DNA of 64,000 nucleotides from Squalus acanthias (taxonomy: Eukaryota). This document shows positions 46,749-58,735 of this stretch, piece by piece. The translations under genes and the position numbers were made by a program. Below the pieces are notes generated by a model that saw only the letters and a program-made list of their open reading frames with translations, searched no databases and was not told the origin of the DNA. The DNA lies in NCBI GenBank assembly GCA_030390025.1, contig JASTWF010000033.1:3226001-3290000 (forward strand), given 5' to 3'. Each line of letters starts with the position of its first letter. The stretch's first letter is position 1.

Positions 46749-49700
46749 CATAGAAATATAGAAACATAGAAAATAGGTGCAGGAGTAGACCATTCGGTCC
46801 TTCGAGCCTGCACCGCCATTCAATGCGTTCATGGCTGAACATGCTACCTCAGTACCCGATTCCTGCTTTCTCGCCATACCCCTTGATCTCCCTAGTTGTG
46901 AGTATTATATCTAACTCCCTTTTGAATATATTTAGCGAACTGGCCTCAACAACCTTCTGTTGTAGAGAATTCCACAGATTCACCACTCTCTGGCTGAAGA
47001 AGTTCCTCCTCATCTCAGTCTTAAATGGCTTCCTCTTTATCCTTAGACTGTGACCCCTGGTTTTAGTTTTCCCTAAAATTGGAAACATTCTGCCCGCATC
47101 TAATTTGTCTAAACCAGTCAGGATTTTAGACGTCTCTATAAGATCCCCCCTCATTCTTCTGAACTCCAGAGGATACAAGTTCAGTTGATCCAATCTTTCT
47201 TGATATGTCAGTCTGGCCATCCCAGGAATCAATCTAGTGAACCTTCGTTGCACTCCCTCAATAGCAAGAATGTCCTTCCTTAAGTTAGGAGACCAAAACA
47301 GCACACAATACTCCAGGTGTGGCCTCACCAAGGCCCTGTACAACTGTAGCATCACCTCCCTACTCCTGTACTCAAATCCCCTTGCTATGAAGGCCATCAT
47401 GCCATTTGCTTTCTTGACTGCCTGCTGCACTTGCCTTCCCACCTTCAGTGAATGATGTACCATGACGCCCAGGTCTCGTTGCACCTCCCCTTTCCCTAAT
47501 CTGCAAACATTCAGGTAATAGTCTGCCTCCCTATTTTTACCACCAAAGTGGATAACCTCACATTTATCCACATTGTACTTCATCTGCCATACATTTGCCC
47601 ATTCACCCAACCTGTCCAAGTCACTCTGTAGCCTCCTAGCATCCTCTTCATTGTTCACACTGCCTCCCAATTTAGTGTCATCCGCAAATTTGGAGATATT
47701 ACAATTAATCCCTTCGTCCAAATCATTAATATATAATGTAAACAGCTGGGGCCCCAGCACAGAACCCTGCGGTACCCCGCTGGTCACTGCCTGCCATTCT
47801 GAAAAGTACCCATTTACTCCTACTCTTTGTTTCCTGTGTGCCAACCAGTTCTCAATCCACATCAACACATTAACCCCAATCCCATGTGCTTTAACTTTGC
47901 ACACCAATCTCTTGTGTGGGACCTTGTCGAAGGCCTTCTGAAAGTCCAAATACACCACATCTACTGGTTCCCGCCCCCCCCCGTCCACCCTATTGGAAAC
48001 ATCCTCAAAAAATTCCAGAAGATTTGTCAAGCATGATTTCCCTTTCACAAATCCATGCTGACTTGGACCTATCATGTCGCCACTTTCCAAATGGTCTGTT
48101 ATGACATCTTTAATAATTGATTCCATCATTTTACCCACCACCGATGTCAGGCTGACCAGTCTATAATTCCCTGCTTTCTCCCTCCCTCCTTTTTTAAAAA
48201 GAAGGGTTACATTAGCCACCCTCCACTCCTTCGGAACTGATCCAGAGTCTAAGGAATGTTGGAAAATGATCGTCAATGCATCCACTATTTCCAAGGCCAC
48301 CTCCTTAAGTACTCTGGGATGAAGACCATCAGGCCCTGGGGATTTATCAGCCTTCAGTCCCATCAATTTCCCCAACACCTTTTCCCGACTGATAAGGAAT
48401 TCCCTCAGCTCCTCCCTCTTACCAGATCCTTTGATCTCTTTTATTTCCGGAAGGTTGTTTGTGTCCTCCACAGTAAACACCGAACCAAAGTACTTGTTCA
48501 ATTGATCTGCCATTTCTTTGTTCCCCATTATGACTTCCCCTGCTTCTGACTGCAGGGGACCTACGTTTGTTTTTACTAACCTCTTTCTTTTTACATATTT
48601 ATAGAAGCTTTAGCAGTCCGTTTTAATGTTCTCCGCAAGCTTCCTTTCATATTTTATTTTCCCTGCCCTAATCAAACCCTTCGTCCTCCTCTGCTGAGTT
48701 TTAAAGTTCACCCAGTCCCCGGGTTTGCTGCTACTTCTGGCCAATTTGTATGCCACTTCCTTGCTTTTAATACTATCCCTGATTTCCCTTGTTAGCCATG
48801 GTTGAGCCACCTTCCCTTTTTTATTTTTACGCCAGACAGAGATGTACAATTGCTATAGTTCATCCATGCGATCTCTAAATGTCTGCCATTGCCCTTCCAC
48901 TGATAACCCCTTAAATATCGCTTGCCAATCTAACCTCGCCAATTCACGCCTCATACCCTCAAAGTTGCCCTTATTTAAGTTCTGGACCATGGTCTCTGAA
49001 TTAACTGTTTCCTTCTCCATCCTAATGTAGAACTCCACCATACAATGGTCACTCTTCCCCAATTTGCCTCGCACCACAAGATTGCTGATTAGTCCTTCCT
49101 CATTACACAACAACCAGTCCAGGATGGCCTCCCCTCTAGTTGGTTCCTCAACATATTGGTTTTGGAAACCATCCCTTAAACACTCCAGGAAATCCTCCTC
49201 CACCATGGTGCCTTCCCCTGGTAGGTCATTTCCCCCAACAGTATCCAAAACGGTATATCTGTTTTGGAGGGAGATGACCGCAGGGGACTCCTGCACTACC
49301 TTCCTGATATTGCCCTGCCTCTTGGTCACCCGTTTACTGTCTGACCTAGCCTTTACCCGTGGTATGTTCAACTCACTAAATGAGTAATCCACAAAGTTCT
49401 CGGCATCGTGGATGCTCCAGAGTGAGTCCATCCACAGCTCCAGCTGGACGCACTTCCTACACACTGGAAGTGTCCCTGATTTCCCACATAGCACAGGAGG
49501 AGCACGACACGGTTCCGAGATTTCCTGCCATGACTTAACCCTTATATTACTTTATTAAGTTAAGTCCCTGAAAACAAAATATAAATCGAACCTACCTTTT
49601 AAATTCCCTCTACCCCTAAAGGTTAGAGGAGGTGGGAGGGTGGGAGACACTACTAGTGTAGTGTCTCGGGTTTAGCAACAGCTCCACCTATATACGGGTG

Positions 49701-49950
49701 ATTGATTAGAAAACTGGTTTCCATTGCCTGCTGTGCCAATTTACTGCTACTGCAGTGTAACATTGTTTTACTCTTCTTAAACCAACAGAATCCCCAATAG
49801 TTAACTTTTCCCCTTCACTTAAACTGCTTAAGTACTCTTATCAAGAATGATTTAAAGAGAACTAACAATTAAAGAACTACTCCCACTTACCCAAACTCAC
49901 AGCACTCTCTGCTGACTTGCACTCAGTGCTGGCTCGCACTCACACTGGTC
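46749..49950 (-). mobile_element. Near full-span CR1 with 5' UTR, ORF1 start and an internal ORF1/endonuclease deletion
   Basis: ORF1 start MAGNLGTVSCSSCAMWE at about 49531; junction GNDLPGEG|TMVEEDFLEC at about 49205; tail at 46749. Confidence 0.92.
46849..48528 (-). CDS. CR1 ORF2 reverse transcriptase (open segment, 559 aa)
   Basis: All RT motifs present with no stops. Confidence 0.92.
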   Translation of the reverse strand: MGNKEMADQLNKYFGSVFTVEDTNNLPEIKEIKGSGKREELREFLISREKVLGKLMGLKADKSPGPDGLHPRVLKEVALEIVDALTIIFQHSLDSGSVPKEWRVANVTLLFKKGGREKAGNYRLVSLTSVVGKMMESIIKDVITDHLESGDMIGPSQHGFVKGKSCLTNLLEFFEDVSNRVDGGGREPVDVVYLDFQKAFDKVPHKRLVCKVKAHGIGVNVLMWIENWLAHRKQRVGVNGYFSEWQAVTSGVPQGSVLGPQLFTLYINDLDEGINCNISKFADDTKLGGSVNNEEDARRLQSDLDRLGEWANVWQMKYNVDKCEVIHFGGKNREADYYLNVCRLGKGEVQRDLGVMVHHSLKVGRQVQQAVKKANGMMAFIARGFEYRSREVMLQLYRALVRPHLEYCVLFWSPNLRKDILAIEGVQRRFTRLIPGMARLTYQERLDQLNLYPLEFRRMRGDLIETSKILTGLDKLDAGRMFPILGKTKTRGHSLRIKRKPFKTEMRRNFFSQRVVNLWNSLQQKVVEASSLNIFKRELDIILTTREIKGYGEKAGIGY

Positions 49951-50046
49951 TTTTTTGATGTTGTTTAAGTTGAACCAACACATTCCCGATCAGTACGGAG
50001 GGAGTTCACTGATCAGTTCCCCTCTGTTGTAGCTGGCTCGCCAGCG

Positions 50047-50119
50047 GTTTCCGTGGTGTGGTGGTTATCACGTTCGCTTTACACGTGAAAGGTCTCCGGT
50101 TCAATCCCAGGTGGATTCA
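50047..50119 (+). pseudogene. tRNA-Val(TAC), acceptor and T stems degenerate
   Basis: gtttccgtggtgtggtggttatcacgttcgctttacacgtgaaagg..ggttcaatcc. Confidence 0.85.
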
Positions 50120-50604
50120 TCTTGTTTTAACTTGTTGTGGATGAACATCTCGAGGCGAGTTTATTCTCCTGTCAAAAGGGCTACATTGGCTGCTCCCTTA
50201 TTCATTTATTGCTCTTTCTTTCACTTCACTATATAGATAACTTTGAGTGAGAGAATACTGATCAACAGTGACGCCCATTTCATCTTTTGATCGCTTTGGG
50301 AATCTGCGAATCCCTCCCCGGTAAAGTTCAGAAATGTAATTCATTAATCTGCACGGTGGCCGTCAGTAAGAAGCCTTTTCTGTCTGGATCCGGGAGCGGA
50401 GCTGGTTTGAGGCTGAAGATTGCCGCTACTGTCGATAGATTTTTGTTGGGTAAGGGTATTAAGGGTATTACTGAACTTAAGTGGGTAGATGGAGTTCAGA
50501 TACAGATCAGCCCGTGATCTAATTGAATGGCGGGACAGGCTCGAGGGGCTGAATGGCCTCCTCCTCTTCCTATTGAGTCGCTGCAATGCACCCGAGTGCT
50601 GAGA

Positions 50605-50677
50605 GTTTCCGGTGTGTAGTGAGTATCGCAGTCCGCTAACACACGACAACTCAGCGGTTCGAAAGTGGGTAGAGGCA
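50605..50677 (+). pseudogene. tRNA-Val(AAC), heavily degenerate
   Basis: gtttccggtgtgtagtgagtatcgc..ctaacac..ggttcgaaa. Confidence 0.65.
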
Positions 50678-51856
50678 ACCTGATGGCTTGTCTCCTTTCA
50701 AGTTTAGTAAATATGAAAACTGGCACAATTTACATGTTTGGTTAAGTATGAATAAAATAGGCTTTGACAGGCGAATTATGCCACTGAAATTGCATAGTTA
50801 CAGTGAGCGAAGTAATTCTCAATGATATTTCCCATATAGGACACAGTTTTGGTTGCATACTATAAGGTTTTTTGGGGAAAGTTGGCGCTGATTTAGGGAA
50901 TCTCATCCTCGCGTGTCGTTACTGAAGATGTGGACATATTTTATTTAAAAATTGAGGCTCGGAACCTTCTCATTGAGAATGTGGGAGCAGAACAACACAG
51001 ATTAATAGGAAAACACAGGGTCAGCGATAGGATTAAAATTGCAGTTTCAATCGGTCTGTATCTCTATTTTTTTAATAAGTTGGTCTCGGGTTGTGATTCT
51101 CGCTTCGGGGTTGTTGGTTTATTTTGCAAGAGTTCCCGGATTCAAAGTACGCGTTTTGACCTTGCAGTTGAACCTTTTGCAAGAAAGACTTGTCTTTCTA
51201 CAGCGCCTTTCATGCCACTCAGGACATCCCACCTGGTTCGCGTCGAAATTGATCCCAACGAGAGTGATGTGATTCGGCTAGGGAAATCACGGAGCTTTTC
51301 AGGAGGTTACTCACTTTGGAATGAAATATGATCTCATAAATTCGATTGGGGAAATATTAGTGAAAGAGAGTCAGCAGAGAGAGAGAGAGAATTAGCAGTT
51401 CAATTTCTCGTTTGACACGTTCATTCCTGCTTGTGGCTGGCGATGCAACAGCTCCACCTATATACCGGTACCAATGAATTGGCCCCGCCCTCTGACATTG
51501 ACCCCTGCTGATTGATTAGAAAACTGGTTTCCACTGCCTGCTGTGCCAATTTACTGCTACTGCAGTGTAACATTGTTTTACTCTTCTTAAACCAACAGAA
51601 TCTCCAATAGTTAACTTTTCCCCTTCACTTAAACTGCTTAAGTACTCTTATCAAGAATGATTTAAAGAGAACTAACAATTAAAGAACTACTCCCACTTAC
51701 CCAAACTCACAGCACTCTCTGCTGACTTGCACTCAGTGCTGGCTCGCACTCACACTGGTCTTTTTTGATGTTGTTTAAGTTGAACCAACACATTCCCGAT
51801 CAGTACGGAGGGAGTTCACTGATCAGTTCCCCTCTGTTGTAACTGCCCCGCCAGCG

Positions 51857-51929
51857 ATTTCCGTGCTGTGGTGGTTATCACGTTCGCTTTACACGTGAAA
51901 AGTCTCCGGTTCAATCCCAGGTGGATTCA
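51857..51929 (+). pseudogene. tRNA-Val(TAC), duplicate of 50047
   Basis: Near-identical copy at offset 1810. Confidence 0.85.
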
Positions 51930-52739
51930 TCTTGTTTTAACGTGTTGTGGATGAACATCTCGAGGCGAGTTTATTCTCCTGTCAAAAGGGCTACATTGGC
52001 TGCTCCCTTATTCATTTATTGCTCTTTCTTTCACTTCACTATATAGATAACTTTGAGTGAGAGAATACTGATCAACAGTGACGCCCATTTCATCTTTTGA
52101 TCGCTTTGGGAATCTGCGAATCCCTCCCCGGTAAAGTTCAGAAATGTAATTCATTAATCTGCACGGTGGCCGTCAGTAAGAAGCCTTTTCTGTCTGGATC
52201 CGGGAGCGGAGCTGGTTTGAGGCTGAAGATTGCCGCTACTGTCGATAGATTTTTGTTGGGTAAGGGTATAACAACACAGATTAATAGGAAACCACAGGGT
52301 CAGCGATAGGATTAAAATTGCAGTTTCAATCGGTCTGTATCTCTATTTTTTTAATAAGTTGGTCTCGGGTTGTGATTCTCGTTTCTGGGTTGTTGGTTTA
52401 TTTTGCAAGAGTTCCCGGATTCAAAGTCCGCGTTTTGACCTTGCAGTTGAACCTTTTGCAAGAAAGACTTGTCTTTCTACAGCGCCTTTCATGCCACTCA
52501 GGACATCACACCTGGTTCGCGTCGAAATTGATCCCAACGAGAGTGATGTGATTCGGCTACGGAAATCACGGAGCTTTTCAGGAGGTTACTCACTTTGGAA
52601 TGAACTATGATCTCATAAATTCGATTGGGGAAATATTAGTGAATAAGAGTCAGCGGAGAGAGAGAGAATTAGCAGTTCAATTTCTCGTTTGACACGATCT
52701 TTCCTGATTGTGGCTGGCGATGTAACTGAAGGCAGTGTG

Positions 52740-52797
52740 GGTCCCACGGTGTAATGGTGAGCACTCTGGACTCTGAGTTCAAATCTCAGTGGAAAAT
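52740..52797 (+). pseudogene. tRNA-Gln(CTG) with internal deletion
   Basis: ggtcccacggtgtaatggtgagcactctggactctga joined to gttcaaatctc. Confidence 0.82.
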
Positions 52798-53105
52798 GTT
52801 TTGTATCAATCTCGATAATTCCCAGGTAAATTGCGACACTTTTTAAAAACTGCAGACAGATCGATTCTAGAAAATAAAATTCCACAAGCCTCCAATATGA
52901 GCTGCTATTGCAATCCATGTTACTGGAGCTCTGAGTCCAGCTCCTGCCACAATGACAGAATGCTGTTCTTGGCGGAGATTGTTGAAACGGTACGTCACTT
53001 TGCGTCAGACCACAAGTCCCACTGAGCAGGAGTTAGGAAAGATTCCAATGGCTGTGAATGGGAGGAGAGATTGAGAAAACATAGTTGGCTCAAGCAGCGG
53101 GTGTG

Positions 53106-53177
53106 TGTTCCTTGGTGTAATGCTGAGCACTCTGGACTTTGAATCCAGTGATCTGAGTTTAAATCTCGGTGGAACCT
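53106..53177 (+). pseudogene. tRNA-Gln(TTG), degenerate; paralog of 18527
   Basis: Shares the D-loop change aatgctgagc with 18527; B box gtttaaatc. Confidence 0.85.
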
Positions 53178-55341
53178 GATTTCTTCTTGTCCCAGCTGTT
53201 GGAAAATTTAGAACAAAGAAGTAAAAGGCAGCTGAGCCAATCGCTGCTCTGGGCAGTTCGCTGCCTGAATCAATGAGGATTGATCTCGTTACAAATCATT
53301 GGAAGAGAAAATTTGTTGTCCAATGCAGGGCTTGACTGCTCAACAGAATGCTGTTTGATGAAATGGTCATTTCCATCTGCATTCAGCTGGTAGACATGAA
53401 GAACTTCAAAGCAGTGCTTCCTGAAATGCAGACATTGCATGTATTGTGTTCTCGCCCTCGAGCAAATTTTACATTGTCTTTTCAAGATTTGTGCATCAGT
53501 TCCTTGCAATGCTTATACACTTTCTATCTGGTAAGACTGTAATATAAGCTGTGTTGTGCAGTGTGATTTGCTCAGCATCGACACTTAGCGGAGTGTTAAG
53601 TCTTGTATCTATAGCTATGGATGAGAAAAGGCCGAGTCAAAGTGGAATAGTGGAGATAACCTTGTCCACTATTTGCAATTTTGCTGGGCGGAAAGGTTTG
53701 CAAGTAGCCTTGAGGGGGCAGCGATGTATCGTCATTGAGTGCTGGTCCCCGCCACAAACTCCGTTCCCTGGCCACCGACTCCATCCATATCCCTGGCCAC
53801 TGTCTGAGGCTGAACCAGTCTGTTCGCGACCTTGGTGTCGTATTTCACCCAGCTGGCGCAGTGGGATTTAAACTCACGGCCCCGGATCATTAGTCCAGGC
53901 CTCTGGATTACTGGTCGAGTAACAGAACCACTGTGACGCCATACCACGTCATTAATCGTTAAACACAGAAAACATGGTAAAATAGGAGCAGGAGTGGGCC
54001 ATTCGGCCCTTCGAGCCTGCTCCACCATTCAATATGATCATGGCTGATCCTCTAACTCAATACCATATTCGCGCTCTCTCCCCATTCCCCGTGATACTTT
54101 TTGTGTCTAGAAATGTATGTCATACTTAAATATATTCTCGTGAACCTTCGCTGCACTCCATCTATGGCAAGTATGTCCTTTCTTAGGTAAGGAGACCAAA
54201 ACTGCACACTGTAATCCAGGTGTGGTCTCACCAAGGCCCTTTATAACTGTAGTAAGGCATCCTTGCTCCTGTATTCAAATCCTTTTGCAATGAAGGCCAA
54301 CATACCATTTTCCTTCCTAACTGCTTGCTACATGTTTGCTTTCAGTGACTGGTGAGCAAGGACACCCAAGTCCCTTTGTGCATCAACATTTCCCAATCTA
54401 TCACAATTTATATAAAACTCTGCCTTTCTGTTTTTCCTACCGATTTGGATAACTTCACAGTTATCCACGTTATACTGCATCTGCCATGTATTTGCTCACT
54501 CACTCAACTTGTCTAAATCGCCTTGAAGCCTCGTTGCATCCTCCTCACAACTCACAATCCCACCTAGTTTCGTGTCGTCAGCAAATTGGAATATTACATT
54601 TGGTTCCCTCATCCAAATCATTGATATATATTGTGAATAGCTGGGGCCCAAGCACTGATCCCTGCGGTACCCCACTAGTCACCGCCTGCCACCTCGAAAA
54701 AGTCCCATTTATTCCTATTCTCTGTTTCCTGTCTGTTAACCAATTTTCAATCCATGCCAGTATATTACCCCAATCCCATGTGCTTTAATTTTGCACACTA
54801 ACCACTTATGTGGGACTTTATCTGAAAATCCAAATACACATATCCACTGGTTCTCCCTTATCTATTCTACCAGTTATATCCTCAAAAAACTCCAGTCGGT
54901 TTGTCAAAAACGATTTCCCTTTCATAAATCCGTGTTGACTTTGTCTAATCCCGTTGATATTTTCTAAGTGTCCTGCTATCACATCCTTTATAATAGACTC
55001 TAGCATGTTCCCTACTGCTGAATTTAGGTTATCCGGTCTGTAGTTCCCTGTTTACTCTCTCCCTCCTTTTTTAAATAGTGGGGTTGCATTTGCCACCATC
55101 CAATCTTCAGGATCTTTTCCATAATCTATAGAATTTTGGAAGATGACAACCAAGGCATCCACTAGTCCCATGGCTACCTCTTTTAGTACTCTGGGATGCA
55201 GAGTATCAGGCCCTGGGGATTAATCGGCTTTCAGTCCCATTCAATTCTCCAGCACTATTGTTTTACTAATTCTGATTTCCTTTAATTTCTCCTTCTCACT
55301 AGACCCTTGGTTCACTAGCATTTCTGAAAAGTTATTTGTGT

Positions 55342-55819
55342 TGTTGGTGAAAAATGAATTCACTCGAGTCTGTGTCAAAGGAGAAGATCACAGTTTATTT
55401 AACAGTTCACACTGGGAGAAGAGCCATAGACTCCGCGGTCTAGTTAATTCACTTCTCGACCTTACAGTGATACCGGAAATTCTTTTATACTATATAGGGC
55501 CGGTTAAGCAGTTCATTACATACAAATGTCTTCACCCAATCACGTTCCCTCAGCAACAGACTTCTAATTATAAACTGGACTTTAAGATAAAAAATGTTAC
55601 TTCCCTATCGAAACTATAAACATCGAAATGTCGTGTCAGCTTTGTCTAGTCGGACTGGCTGGTCATGCGGTGATTGGTTCTCAAGTGTAAACATTGTACC
55701 TTGCACGTACGCATGTTGACCACAGACATTACTCATCGCACTGTCAGCGAAACAATTCTGTATTTACGAATGTACTTTTTATATTACAATCTTTATGCCC
55801 TATAATTAATACTCCAACA
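55342..55819 (-). repeat. 3' LTR
   Basis: Direct repeat of 58736-59214; minus-strand TATAAAA and AATAAA; purine tract aacaggagggac immediately upstream. Confidence 0.95.
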
Positions 55820-55961
55820 GTCCCTCCTGTTGGTCCCTGATCAAAACTCCTTTTGTGACAGGGAACCAGCATCATACGGATTTTTGGTAATGTAAGTAGA
55901 TATGTTTACATTCAGGGGCTCACAGTCCGTTAGTCAGACTGTGGCATCCTTGTATAGGGAC

Positions 55962-57170
55962 TCATATCCACACATCTCTCTCTCCGGGTGTCATTTGATT
56001 AACCATCATGGCACTTACAGCAGGCCGTGACATTTGAGCGCAACAACATTTTAACAATAGGGCCAGACCATACATCACTAATATTATAACAAAGAACAAA
56101 ATCAATCCTTGTACTACTGATGTCCCGAGTGAACTCAACCATCCAGTTGCCCAGCCCCAAAGGGTGGATGCCGGAGGTTGTTTTAATTTCTTTACTTCTT
56201 CATGTATGTGTTCTGCCAAGTTAGTTATTGCTTCCGAGTTACCTGGTATATAGGTACAACATTCTGTACCTATCAGGGCACAGGTTCCCCCTTTCTCTGC
56301 CAACACATAGTCAAGGGCCATCCGATTTTGTAGAGCTACTGTGCGGAGGGCTACCATCTCTGCATTAAACATTACTAGGGCTTCAGCTGTATCGTTGGCC
56401 ACCTGCTCCAAGACGGAGGCCAGGTTAATGGATTCCCTTGCCAATTTAGCCGTTCCATACCAGGGGAACGCAATTGCCCAGAATCTTTCAGTCTCCGTGA
56501 TGGTTCATCTGGTTCTCCCATGGAGGTCCTTCAGTGAACCCATGTGATGTATGTAGGGTACGACATAAGCCAGATTACAAGAACCCGTCCATTCTCGGGG
56601 CAACCAGGGATAGGCCCTATGACCGCACACGAAATGAGTCCCGTTGTAGGGGGTATACTTATTTACCTCTGGGGGGTCCCATTGTACTGAGAAGTCACTG
56701 CTTCTGTTTAGTGATGGGAGTGTCACACTAACCGTTTCACCAGGCCAAGCAATGTTATATGTGCAGTTACTGTAGCCCACAATAGGATCTGTCGGTCGTC
56801 CCCTCTTTACGAGACGTAGTCTCCCCTCTTGTCCGTTCTAACTCTTTGTTCTCAGGAACGGTGGTAGATAGAAATCGTTATATGTTGACCGTGTCCGCCC
56901 ACTACAATATTCTGGGTTGTAACCATGACGTTGCAGCTTTGCTATAGTTCTGCCGTCTGTCTTGGCTTCATAACAGCCCACACTTGTGCATACTGCTCTA
57001 ACTCCAAACATCCAACTGACCGTCTCATCATCACTAAGTGGGATTGGTTGTAGGGGGACTCCTTCCTCCGAGTGTGTGGGGACATGGGCGCAGACCCAAC
57101 AGCTGGCAACATCAACTCTCTTGGCATATGTGTATGACATATATAAAAAGGTGTTCACCCGTAACCCTAT
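55962..57170 (-). pseudogene. env: Gamma-type retroviral env (SU+TM), disrupted
   Basis: CWVC in SU; immunosuppressive domain LQNRMALDYVLAEKGGTC; CX6CC; hydrophobic TM; stops/frameshifts between ORFs. Confidence 0.93.
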
Positions 57171-57183
57171 TTTGGCCACCGCA

Positions 57184-58221
57184 TCATATGTATTCGCCGC
57201 CACTATTCACCATCCCGTTTTTCCGCCATATAGCTTCCTTGTCTGATCCACCTCCTGTGCGGTACCATTCCTGTTTCTCCCCTTCTTGGGTCTCTTTGTG
57301 TAATTTCCTAATAGCTATTTTTTCCAACTGTGCAATGGCTATGTTTTCTGCGACCACTTCTTGTTCAAGAGCTTGCTGTGCTGCTAAATCAGTGGCATGG
57401 TTCCTTTTTGTTCCTGATTTTGTATTTTCTGGTGCGCCTTTATTTTTATTACTGCTGCGAGTTTTGGGGCCTTTGCGGCTTCCAAGAGGGCCTCTATCCT
57501 CTACTGGTGTTTTATACGATCCCCTCTTTAGCATCTATATGGCACGCCCACTGGACCACCGCATCATATGTATTCGACGCCACTATTCACATTTTTAATA
57601 TCGCTTGGTGGGATTGGGACAACCCTTCCTTAAACATTTGATTAAAGGGCTGGTCTGTCATCTGGGGATCTGCTTGTCCCGATGATTCCTGGTATACGAC
57701 GAACAATCGTTCGCCATAATCACTACTGCTGCCCACTTTCCGCTGTTTTATCTTCATTATACATGCCCAATTGGGTGAGGATCCTCCAAAGGCCGCCTCG
57801 ACCGCTGTTTTAAAGGGGTTGTGGGCCGCGAGTTGGGCCGTCTTGTCCGCAATTAAGGCGATATGGCAGGACTTTTACCGAGGCGCACAAATGTGCCCGA
57901 CTTTCGTTCCATAGTTCCGTTTTGTCCATCAAGGACCATCTGGCCTCCTTTGTATAATACTGACACTTGTTCTAATTCCAGAATTCTTTCACCTTTACTT
58001 GCAAGTCTAGTGTGGAGTCGCGGCACCTTGTTAGTTAATGCGACTAATTGGTTTCCTAGTATCACCCCCGCCTTTTTTGTCTTTTTCTGTTTTTGACCCT
58101 CCCACCACTCTCTTTGTACTTTCGGATTCTGGAGCGGGTCCCACCCCTCCTTCGTCATCTTATCAACTAAACCTTTCCGGTTGTCTGCATAGAACGTAGT
58201 AAGGGCCCTATTGGTCCCCAT
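57184..58221 (-). pseudogene. gag: gag-like remnant
   Basis: MG start with basic patch; my minus-strand translation of 57870-57530 gives IKQRKVGSSSDYGERL..FKEGL (MHR/capsid CTD-like); basic C-terminal segment. Confidence 0.6.
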
Positions 58222-58715
58222 TCTATTTATTTCCCTGAAGCCATTTGTAGTCCAACTTACAGTCTTACCAAATGCTGAGTTCCTCTACTCGGGCTTGTTC
58301 TTGATAATTTAAAGACCTTCAAGTGGTTAGTCAGTCACAACACGCATATATATTTGCTGACTTCACAATCCCAGGGTGTTTTGGAGCCTCTACCCCTACT
58401 TGATCCTGGCCGTCACGTGGGACTATGTCCTCTTAAGTCAGACTCAGGCTAGGTGTTAGAGACCGGCACCCACCTTGTCCGAGTCGTTCCGTCACTCACT
58501 CATTCCTTCGCGACATTTATCGCTACACAGTGTTCCCTTTAGTACTTGCGATCCGCACTCTCACAACTGTGTTCTCCTACCTCTCGCAGACTTTACTTGA
58601 TTCGTGATGCTACGGCACTGTCACTCCGCCTTTCCAGGTGACTCAATTTCTGGATGGTCAAAATTGACTTCTCGTCCGGGTTCACCGGTGCGGGTAGGTC
58701 TTTCAGTTCCAGAGC

Positions 58716-58733
58716 ATCCTGCCGACTACGCCA
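58716..58733 (-). promoter_or_regulatory. Primer binding site, tRNA-Ser
   Basis: TGGCGTAGTCGGCAGGAT is complementary to the 3' 18 nt of vertebrate tRNA-Ser(AGA/TGA); 2 nt from the LTR. Confidence 0.93.
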
Positions 58734-58735
58734 AT

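Noticed and set aside
50930..52610. Duplicated ORFs (50930-51331, 52318-52610)
   Set aside because: Similarity is explained by the recent tandem duplication; no domain signature
58716..58733. tRNA-Ser gene fragment
   Set aside because: Includes encoded CCA and abuts an LTR, so it is the retroviral PBS
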